DNA of 64,000 bases from Paraspadella gotoi (Eukaryota; Animalia; Chaetognatha): NCBI GenBank assembly GCA_051294375.1, contig CM119268.1, positions 10,760,713 to 10,824,712 of the forward strand, written 5' to 3'. The position numbers and the translations under genes are program-made. This document shows, one piece after another, positions 53,636-64,000 of the stretch. The notes under the pieces are model-generated. The model was not told where the DNA came from. It saw nothing but the letters and a program-made list of their open reading frames with translations, and searched no databases. Numbering within the stretch: position 1 is the stretch's first letter; every line of letters starts with the position of its first letter.

Positions 53636-55509
53636 TCAATGAAGCAACTGAAACAAGACTGCAGCAAGGACGATGGCTGCTGTGGTCGGCGTCCCGGAAA
53701 CGAGGCGGGAACCGACGTCATCTGGCGGAACTGGACAAACCTCCATGACTTTCTCGTCGCCGCATTGACAGAAGTAAGGGCAGTGGCCGAAGGAACTGCG
53801 GTTTGGGAAAAGGTGAGGGAATTTAACGTTAAGAGAATCGTATGGCAACAGCCGTGTTGCTTGTGATGCCCATTGAAGACCAGATGAAAAAATGTTAAAA
53901 CTTCACAGAATTAATGTTTATTTATGGCGAAATAAGACTGTACTTAGAAAGATTCTAAATTCGCTCTAGTAAATAGGAATTATTTTTTATTTTATGTTTG
54001 AAATAAATATAGGAAGACGAAGTTAAATGCTATTCAACCATGAATAAATCATTACTTCATCTGGTATGCAAATAAGCTAATATGATTTTTTAAAATTCTC
54101 ACTTAACAAAATATTTTTAAACTTTCCCACCTGTCGGTCACATTGACGCAATCCGCGAGTTTCTCGGCAACGAATCCTTCCTCCACAGCTGCTTTGGCCT
54201 CGGCGAGACTCAGTCCGCCATGGGCGCTGCAGTTCAGCTTGGCTTCGCCCGGATAGCACTGACAACACCAGCGAACAACAGCGCTGTCTTCTCCGTCCTG
54301 TTCATAATGTAAGGGCAATAGATATCATCAACGGAAGGGACCTATAGGCAGACTTGATCGGCTATGTGATGTGATAGGGCGTTCTCTTTGTGAAACTTAC
54401 CTCATCCGAACCGCATACTGGTATTTCGTTTTTGGCACATTGGTCCCCGACGCAGTGCCACTTGGCCACCCAGTTGGTCACCGTCTCAAATGCCGCAGCT
54501 TTTGCTGTTCCATTAACGGAGCCAGGATTTGTAATGGATGTTGATGTCAGAGCTCGGCCTGACATTGAAATTGCAACATAATTGTATCTAGCTTTACACA
54601 AACTTATTTACGTACAATATCAAAAATAGTATAAGCAGTTTAATGTGCTACAAATAAAATTACAAATTTGGTAAATATATAAGTTATTATTATTACATTC
54701 CAGAATCCAGAGGCGCGCAAATAAAATAATTTAAACTCGACCAAAGCAATCAAATTTCTCACCGTTTTCCCAATTAAGAATTTCTTTAATATCCATGAAT
54801 TCGGATTCAAATTTCCCGCCAAAATTGATAATCAAATCTTGCGTCGCTGATACGTTCGTGCAATAATTCGTTCTATTCCAATTTTGATATTCCTAAAAGA
54901 GTAAAACAGTTACGTATAATATTTAAAAAAACCGCTTTTTTTTAAAAAAAATTTACACAGTTCATCATTTTATTAATATAATAAGTTTTACTAAACAAAA
55001 TAAACTGGTCAACCTCCACGCAGACTTTGCCATCCATGGTAATCTCGTGGTGACTGTTGACGGTAACTATGGCGTCTCGGCGTCCGAACGTCGCCAAAAT
55101 CAGTTTGAATTTTCTTTTGACGCGAGTTGGGGTCGGAACTGAGATGGAACCGCCTTGGACGGTGGCGTCTTGGAATTCTTTGTCGGGGAAACTTAATCTG
55201 CGGGGATAAAAGAAAAGTTTAAATCCTAAGAAGAGGCGAGAAAACGTAGACGATCAAAGTGGGAACTGAAATACTTCAGATATTATAGCAATGAATATAA
55301 TATATATATGGAGCAGATTAAATTTCTGACTCAAAAGCGCCGATTTTTTCTGAAGTTGTTGACCTCAAAAAGTCGCCATTTTCCACTTGAACTTCGAATT
55401 TACGTCCAGATTTGAACTCGTGATCAACATTGGCCGCCACCGTTGTCCTCATCAATGCAAGAAGTCCCAAGATCCACATATTTATCATTTCGTTTGTCTT
55501 TCGTTGCAT
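53636..55509 (-). CDS. Secreted Cys-rich, probably GPI-anchored glycoprotein of about 349 aa; exons 55509-55364, 55197-55014, 54892-54763, 54558-54401, 54297-54131, about 53900-53636
   Basis: Five GT-AG introns with matching phases (2,0,1,0,2) join into one open frame; signal peptide MWILGLLALMRTTVAA; Cys clusters HCVGDQC..C, WCCQCYPG..NC, HCPYFCQCG..C; sequons NRT, NVS, NGT, NCS, NVT, NRS; C-terminal hydrophobic tail TTAAIVLAAVLFQLLH-stop. The last acceptor (GAAG) is atypical and uncertain. Confidence 0.8.
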
Positions 55510-57432
55510 AATCTGTTAAATACATAAACAAACAGTTAGTATTTCTTATTCTTAAAAAAAAAATGAACGATTTGGGAAAATGAGGGAGATTTTGCGTTTT
55601 GAAGGTGGAAGTTTAGAAATATCAAAGGTCGGTCGGTCAGTGCGACGCCAGAGGGGACTAAAACTATAAAGTTGACAAACAACCCTGATAAGACGATAAC
55701 GTCGACGTTATTACCTACTTCAGTAACCAGTTTCCTATTTTTTTGAAATCTTAATTTCCATTTTCCAGCTACTTGGCTGTATTTTTTGGTTCGAGCACTA
55801 CTGCAGTACTGGTTTTCAACCGAGGAGATTAAGTCAGTTTAATGCGATATAATTTTAGGTAAGTTCAAGCGAAGAGAAAAAGGGAAAAGGAAAATAGGTC
55901 GAGTGTTTAAGCTCTCAGTTTTATCTGTGACGTGAGGTAACAAACAACGACGGGCGTTTAGAAAGACAACGGCCGTTTAACTTGACTAAAATGGCAGCTC
56001 ACTGGACTTATCCCCACAGCGTCATTATTGTGTCATGTAATGTAGTTTCTTTTTTTTCATTTCGATTATAATTCTTCTAGACGGATCATGGTCGGCCAGG
56101 TCGAACTGACCGACCATCATAAGAAAGATCCTTCGTTAATGGAATAAGTCGTTTTTAGTTTTATCTCCATGTTTTTAATTATAATTTCGTTACCACTCAA
56201 CCAATTCTTCTTTTACGAAGGCCAACTGAAGTGAAAAAATTACAAATTTTTGTACACTATTGTTCCCAAGATCAGTGGAAGTACCCTTGAAAATTGCATG
56301 TTACCGATGGTATTTTTCTCCGGTTCGAGTCTCATGCGATACTCAATTCCTGCTTTTCCTTTTTCTATTTGTATTGCATTGCTGTGAACTTTATGTTATT
56401 ATTTGGATGATTTAGTTCAATTTTATTCTTTGAAGAAAGAAAGAAATAGTGAAACACTTGAGACGGGTTCCGGTAATTGAAATTTATTCAACAAAAGTCA
56501 TCGTGGATTATTGTTCAAAATAAAATATTGATTTTGTATGCTTTTTGTCTTTGTTTTTCGTTTTGGCGAAGATCTAGAAAAGACCGCCACCTTTCAGAAT
56601 CTTTATTCATCGTGAGTAAAAAAAAAAGATCGTAGGTTAGTGTTACAATGTTAAATCTACTGGATATTATTGTAATGCCAATATTATTTCAATAATCCAA
56701 TATTATTTCAATAATAATTCCAAAAAATGCAAATCCACTATCGTAATCTCAAATCTGTTCGAAAATAATCGAATTTAATCAAAAAAAAAATTAAGGTAGA
56801 AAATGAATTGTTTTTTTCACAATACGACTATTTATTATGAAATCAACATTTCGAAATTTTGTTTCAAATAAAGCTGTATGTTAAAACAATTCATTTTCTA
56901 TCTCAAACAAATATACGCAACGGAAAAGAAAGGAAAATACCAATCAAAAATTTAAAAAAAAGGTAATTTCGATGCAAAAGCGAAAAATAAATTTATTTTC
57001 CTTTATCCAAATTAAGAAGGATTACATGACATGACGATATAAATTCAGATCAAGGCTTCATGGCCTCAATGGAACCAAAAATGTCCTTTTGTTTACCGCG
57101 CGTGGCCTGTCATTTCAGTTGGTTAAAGCCATTCGTTAAATTTACTAAAAAGAAAACCGTATAAAAATGAACAGTCGCTCAGTTATTAATTTTAATATTA
57201 GTTAGCCTTAAAAGACACATTGTATGTACATCCAATCGATAACTGATCACAATACAACACAATGCACAATACAACAGCCGTATCATTAAACTGCAAATAT
57301 GTTATGATATGAGGCGACTTACCACCGAAAGTAAGCAAAAATGAGAGAAAGTACTTGTAAAGTCCCCAAAAAATAAATAAAGAAAAAGAGAATTGAAAGA
57401 CAGACTGAAGAAATAAAGAGAAGACTCTGTTA

Positions 57433-57502
57433 AAGAAAAAGAAAAAGAAAAAGAAAAAGAAAAAGAAAAAGAAAAAGAAAAAGAAAAAGAAAAAGAAAAA
57501 GA
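57433..57502. repeat. (GAAAAA)n hexamer repeat
   Basis: About 11-12 units read directly. Confidence 0.95.
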
Positions 57503-58820
57503 GGTCAAAGACAAAAAACCACATAAAAGCGAAAGCAAGAGAAGAGAGTTGAAGGTCCTGGAAAATGAGGTGAAGCGAGGACAGATAATGCATTTCGCAT
57601 AATTTTAAATATTTCTTTGACTCGAGTTTGAGGTATTTATCTTCGAATTTGAGTTCGATGAAGTAACAATCGTGGGGAAAGGTTCAAGTTTTGTAAATAA
57701 TTTTAATTTTCATCCTATTTTAAGTTATAAACATTTACTTTTTAAAAAAACAAACCAACTGTTTTGAACGGTTTTTATTCAGACAGAGTTTTTCTGGCTA
57801 TGTCACGCATAATTGTTGTATATGATCATCGATCAAAGAACCTCTCTTCTATATAGTTTTTAGTGAGTTCCAGTAATCCCAGTAAAAATGAAAATAAAAA
57901 ACATCGATGGGCACTTTTAAGAACTTAAAAAACGACGCCCAAAAGACCCCAAAGATCGCATTCCACCGCATGTTTTTTTGTTTTTTCGACATTCAATTTT
58001 CTTTAAGAACGAGACTGTGTTTTATGCCGGATATCAATTGCTCCTCCTGTGAAACCAATTTCTGGGAAAGTGATTCGCTCTTCGCTCTGACCTCGAAAGA
58101 AAAAAAATTCTCTCTTGAAATATCACCCACTGGATCGACGACCTCGAAATAATTCGCTTCTGAAAAAAAAAAGATCGGATGGAGCGATTGATCTGCAGTT
58201 TCCTTTAATGTCATTGTGCGATTAAAATATACGGTCCCAACACGAAATAAATCGATCTACTCAATTGAAATACATTAAGTAATTAAACACTAAAAAAAAG
58301 TAATTGTATAAATGTATAATAGTATACGCTAGAGCAATGACCTAGAAAGTAAATTCATAACCTAAAGTCACGACCTCGGAATAATTCGCTCCTTTAAATT
58401 CATCAGCTGGAGACTTTAGGACGAAAAGGTATTTCAGCCACCCTTCGCTTCGACACCGTCCACCCCCTATCTGCCCCCCCCTGTTTTACCCCGCGCGGGT
58501 CGACACCCCAATCTCTTTTTCTCTTTTTCCGCCACCCTCTTCCTCCTCCTCTCCCTTTCTCTTCTTCTTCCTCACATCTTTTCTTAATTTTCTGGTCTCT
58601 TCAATCCTCCTCTTCCTCTTCTTCTCTCCTCCTCCTCCTCTCGATCCTCCTTTTTCCTTTACCCTCGTTCCCCTTCCCCCTCCTCTTCCTCACCCAGGGT
58701 CCATTTTCCCTCTTCCTCCTCTCATTAGTTTAGACCGTGGACCTCCTCCATCCTTTTTTTCTATCGATCTTTTCCCCTCTCTCCTCATGTTCCTGGTTTT
58801 CGTCTCAATTTCAATTCTTA

Positions 58821-58937
<117 letters not shown>

Positions 58938-59176
58938 TTTCGTAATTATCTCCTTTTCAAACTTTTTTATTTCATACTCCTTAAGATTCTTAATTCTTCT
59001 ACTCTTTTTCTCTCTCTCTCTATTTTTCCTCTCTCATTCCACTTCACGAGTTAACGAAAACAAATAAAAAAATCCACGATAACAAAAATATTTTCAATTT
59101 TTTTTAAAAAAAAGGAAAAGAATAAAATTATTAAAATACCGACGAGATTATTTTGCTTCACTTTTTTTTTCAACAG

Positions 59177-59676
59177 ATGCGACGCCATCGCATATTGTCG
59201 TCGTCGTCGTCGTCGTACACCGCGCCGGATTCAGCGCCTCGCCTTCCGGTCATGCGACCGCCGGCGCCGATCAAACGGATTACGACGCCGCGATCGCGTT
59301 CGACGTCGGACACATGGATCCGCACAGACGACGGCGCCGCGAAAGAGAGACGAGACGGCGCCGACATTCGACCGGAGAACCGCGCCGGTTCCTTTAAAAG
59401 CGGCGTCGCTATTCTTCGTTTCGGCGTCTTCATCTCCTCGTCTTTCCTCGTCCTCTTCCTCCTCTCCCTTGCCCCCGTCGACGCCCAAAGACGTCAGCGT
59501 CCCAACGTCCATCGGCCCACGAACGCCGCCGCCGCTGCTGCCGCCGCCGCCGCCGGGACGGCAGACGCCGACGCCGCCTCGTGTCCGAGCAGATGTCTCT
59601 GCTTCCGTACGACAGTGAGATGTATGTTCCTTCAAATGCGAGAGATTCCAACCGTGGCGCCCGAGACCACGATCCT
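59177..59676 (+). CDS. Pxn: Peroxidasin, first coding exon (leader, hydrophobic segment, LRRNT); gene continues beyond the window
   Basis: Translation ends [32 protein letters not shown], closely matching the peroxidasin LRRNT (human [36 protein letters not shown] as recalled); phase-2 donor CT|GTGAGT at 59676/59677; ATG directly follows TTTTTTCAACAG. Confidence 0.9.
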
Positions 59677-62181
59677 GTGAGTACAATTGGATATCTAAAG
59701 TCACAAAACCATTGCGATACTTGCAATGTCCTTCATTCTGTCGTTCTAGCAATCTATCAATCTAGTGTAGTTTTGTAGAACTACGTAGCTGAGCAAAATA
59801 GTACTAGTTGTCTTAGTAAAGATAGATATGTAAGATTAAAAAAATATGAGACCGAACGAATTTAATTTGCTATTAAAAATATCGTGCAAAACACATTGTA
59901 AATATTTTAATCTTTTGTGATTGAGGACCTGCAAAACAAATCTTTTGAAGCCATATAAATAATAAAAAAAGAAAGTTAAACCAGTTTTGTTCGAAATGAA
60001 TTAAATTATTTCAAAGTTTAATCTCTTTCTCATTCTCGACAGTCGCCCCTAGCAGCGAGAGAGACGGACGCGGCCCAAAAATATTTATTTCTCGATAAAC
60101 AAATCAAAATTCCGACCAAAAAACCTGCACAATTTTATTTTTCTCATCCGCATCGTAATCCTAGTTAAAGAAAAATATTTGCTTAAAAGAGACTTTTTAA
60201 TAGTGAAAATACTAGTTTGAGAGTTGATTGGACCGAAGAAATTTATTTAATTTGTTTATTTTTTCATCAGTATCCTAAACGCAAATAGTTTTCATTTGAC
60301 AGCGTCTTCTTTACGTACTAATCAAAAATAAAATTATAAGAATAAAAATTTGGTTAACATTGGCATTTTAAAGCAAACATGTTAAAAATCTTTTTAGAAA
60401 AAACTTATTCTTGATGCTATAAGGACTCTTAAAAAACTTACATGGTTTCCAGTGTTTATTTTAAATATCACTGCGCAAATCTGTTTGTTGAAAGCTTGTA
60501 CAATATTTTTTTCCAACTTAAAACACTACTTAACAAAATTCATTTCCAAAAAATCGGTTTTGTTACCAAAAAAAAATAAAAAAATATATGATTGAAACGT
60601 GATAGGCAGTTTAGACAATTTTTTGACAGAGAAAAAAAAATGACGGAAGAGAGAAACGTAGGAAGGAATGAAGGCAGATTGTAAACGGAGATGAGAAAGT
60701 TTAGAATGACGACAGGATTAATAGAATGCGAAAAAAAACTTTATAATAGCGTAAAAAAATGGATTAAAAAACAGGCGTCGCCTAATGGTAAAATTTACAT
60801 TCTTTCACGTCTGTAAAGTTTAAAAAACGCGGGAATTTTTGTTCAATTAGAAACCATTTTACACTTTGAACTTTCTTCTTTTTTCTCTGTCGTTTTTTCT
60901 ATTTTATTTTCTTTCTCTTTATCATCGGATTAGTCTGATTCTGGTGGTTTTGTTGGTTTTCAATCCCCTTTTCATTGTTTGCTTGAAAAAAAAAGGGGAT
61001 GATATGTATTTTCTTTAAGTATTTCTACTCTATAGTAGAATAAAACAACTAAAACCTTCAGCGCGATCGGGACAACATTTTTTTGGGCTAAAAATAGATT
61101 TTTTTCCCTGGGAGTCAATTTTCTCCAAGTTTCGATCAAACCTTAATTAAAGTCAAAGACAAAGAAGCACAAAAACTAAATTAAAAGAAGAAGAAGAAAG
61201 AATGAGTTAGTTTTTGATTTGATTTAAGGAGAACAACAACAACCGTTTGCCGCGTCTCGTAGAGACTAAGACAACAACTACAATTGTTGTTGTTGTTTGT
61301 GCATCTTAAATACGCTTGCGATAACTGAAAAGAGCTGCAACTGCAATTTAATCTTAACTTGCTTCTTCCAGCGACCGCCAACCTCACCTTTATCTGGTTC
61401 ATCTCTTGCGCCCTTACCATTTGGGCCTCACCTCGTCCCGTCTCACCTCTGCCCTTACGAGACCAAAGGGGAAAATTTTATGCAAACAATAATAGTCGGG
61501 CAAACAAGACCGCTGAAAAAAAAGTTAATCGCGAATAGGGCAGTAAAAACAAGGTCCCACCTACCTTGGCTGGAAAGTTAAAAGAGAGGATTAAAATGAT
61601 TTGAGGCTGCGGTGCCGTAATACGCAATCATGTGACAGGAAACGCGACATTCTGATCGAATAAAAATTGCTGTCCTAATTGTGCTAAAACTAAGTGCAAG
61701 CAAACAAGTTTCGCAAGCTGTTCTCAAGGGTTTAAAATTTAAATCTGAAATAATTTTCTTTATTCTATTGTGTAAAGTATTTGTTAGCTTTCCTTGTTTA
61801 TCGCATAACTTAAAATTATTATATTATGTAAGTCTGAAACCTTTGACTTAATTAGTTTAAGACTTCAGACTTTTATTACGAAAACAAAAAAGTTTTAACT
61901 TGACAAAACAACGTCGCAGCAACACACTTAGTTTTATCTCTTTCCACGCCCCGACTATATCTCGGGGGTGTTTTGAATTTAACTTACATAATTGAACCTT
62001 TCGCAAGAGAGACGAGGGCCAGAGAGAGCATAAGAGAGCGTAAGAGACTGCGTAGAGAAGAGGTAAAGTGAGGGAAAGAGAGAGGGAGTGAGAAAAGAGA
62101 GGGTATATAGTGAGAGTTATAAAAAAAAACAGAAATAAAGTTAGGGAGAGAGTTAGGAAGAGAGAAAGTGAGAGAGAGAAA

Positions 62182-62212
<31 letters not shown>

Positions 62213-63969
62213 CAGAGTAAAAAATAAAAGTGGGAGAGAGACGGCGAAAGCAGGAAGAACCATATCGAAATTCAAGGAAGAAAAACACTTTGAAATAATT
62301 TTTTTCCTTTTTTTATACGCTGATATATAATCGTTGAAACGTTTCTTCCCGCGTTGATTGGCTTTTGAGACGAAAGAGACTTTGCTTACTGATTGGCTGT
62401 CAAAGCCCTAACCGTCTCAGATGTTTTAAAGAAGGGATGGGGTGAGGGAAAGGATATCAGCGAAATGGGAAGGGGCGATCATATTGTGAGTAACTTCTTT
62501 CTCCCCTTCCCTCAACTCACGAGTTAAAAAGTTAAGCGAGAAAATGAGAATTTTTTTGGGGTTTTNNNNNNNNNNNNNNNNNNNNNNNNNNNNNNNNNNN
62601 NNNNNNNNNNNNNNNNNNNNNNNNNNNNNNNNNNNNNNNNNNNNNNNNNNNNNNNNNNNNNNNNNNNNNNNNNNNNNNNNNNNNNNNNNNNNNNNNNNNN
62701 NNNNNNNNNNNNNNNNNNNNNNNNNNNNNNNNNNNNNNNNNNNNNNNNNNNNNNNNNNNNNNNNNNNNNNNNNNNNNNNNNNNNNNNNNNNNNNNNNNNN
62801 NNNNNNNNNNNNNNNNNNNNNNNNNNNNNNNNNNNNNNNNNNNNNNNNNNNNNNNNNTTCTCTTTTCCTGTTTTTCTCGCGATTCGAATCTTCCCCTCCT
62901 CTTTTCTTAAAGGCGAGAGATGATGACTGGAAAACCACTCGGGTCCGATAGACGACGACGAAAACCCCAAACGAAGACCGTGATGGACGTGAAATGTGAG
63001 AAAGAATTGTGAAAAAAAAACAAAAGATAAAAAAAAAAGGGAGATAGAAAAAAAAGGTCGAAAGAGAATCACATAAATTCTTTTCACACCCGTAACGTCA
63101 CAATCTTTCACTGCGGCGACGAAAACTCGAGAGAACCTCACTGTTTTTAATCTCATACTTTTTTTCCTAATGTTATTTTTTTATCACTTTTTTCTCTTTA
63201 TAGTCATTAATTTTAAAGATTAAATCCTGGTTGTCATATGGATTTCATCACCACTGTTATTTTCTTTCGGTTAAGTTTTTTTTCATTAAAAGTCTAAAAA
63301 GAGCGATTCTGAATCCATTCCATTTTTCACGGCAACCATCCCCCGCCATTGCTTAATCATCCCCGCTCCTGTCTCTCTCGATTTAAAAATGTTCCAAGTC
63401 TCGTTTCACACTATGTGGCGGTTTTTGGGTCGAACCTCAACGAACTAATTGTAAATAAAAATGGACTGGAAAAATTCGAATCTACAACGGCATTGAGAAT
63501 GGCTAAAGTATCATTTGGTAGCCCACGGTGGTCGGTCCGGTAATTTGATTTTCTTCTCTCTCTCTCTCTCTCTCTCTCTCTGTTCCTTTTTTATCTGTAA
63601 ACAAACAAAGGTCCAGACCAGCCACTGATAAAGGGCTCCTTTATTAAAAACCTCTCGAGTTTCCTTTACACGTTTGTTCTGCTTCGAGAAATAGAATTCA
63701 GGATTTTTATCCTAATTTTTTGTTTGGTGTTTAAATTTTAAGATTTTCGAACTTTTTTTTTTTTTTCTAAAAAGATATGGCCCTAAGTTTTTTCTTATTC
63801 CTGTTTTCCTTCTTTCCTTTCTTCTTTCTTTTTTTTCTTACATTGCGATTTCTTCTTTTTTCTTTCTTCCTCTTTCTATCATTTTGTAATTATATCTCCA
63901 ATTCTCTTCATATTATCAATTAAGTATAGTTATAAGCTACAAGTAAATAAACCTTTCATCTTTTTCATT

Positions 63970-64000
<31 letters not shown>

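Overview
Draft genomic DNA from an animal (probably an invertebrate): AT-rich, spliceosomal GT-AG introns, very dense (AG/CT)n, (GAC)n and (AAAG)n microsatellites and many N-gaps. Several stretches look like uncorrected long-read gap fill with frequent indels, so most ORF-track ORFs are spurious. Supported genes: (1) a Yurt/EPB41L5-type FERM+FA gene on the minus strand (4405 to <1), recognisable by motif despite frameshifts; (2) a six-exon minus-strand gene (55509-53636) for an unrecognised secreted, Cys-rich, probably GPI-anchored protein of about 349 aa; (3) the first coding exon of peroxidasin (59177-59676, +) with an unusually long N-terminal leader. Weaker calls: a noisy protein-kinase fragment present in two inverted copies (about 42.1-46.1 kb) and a KPE-hexapeptide-repeat exon (about 37.0-37.65 kb). 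Non-coding highlights: a minimal hammerhead ribozyme with Penelope-like pLTR architecture at about 20.64-20.81 kb and two tandem tRNA-headed SINE-like copies in a yurt intron. I found no CRISPR array, rRNA, intact tRNA or intact transposase/RT, and no convincing new multi-gene system.
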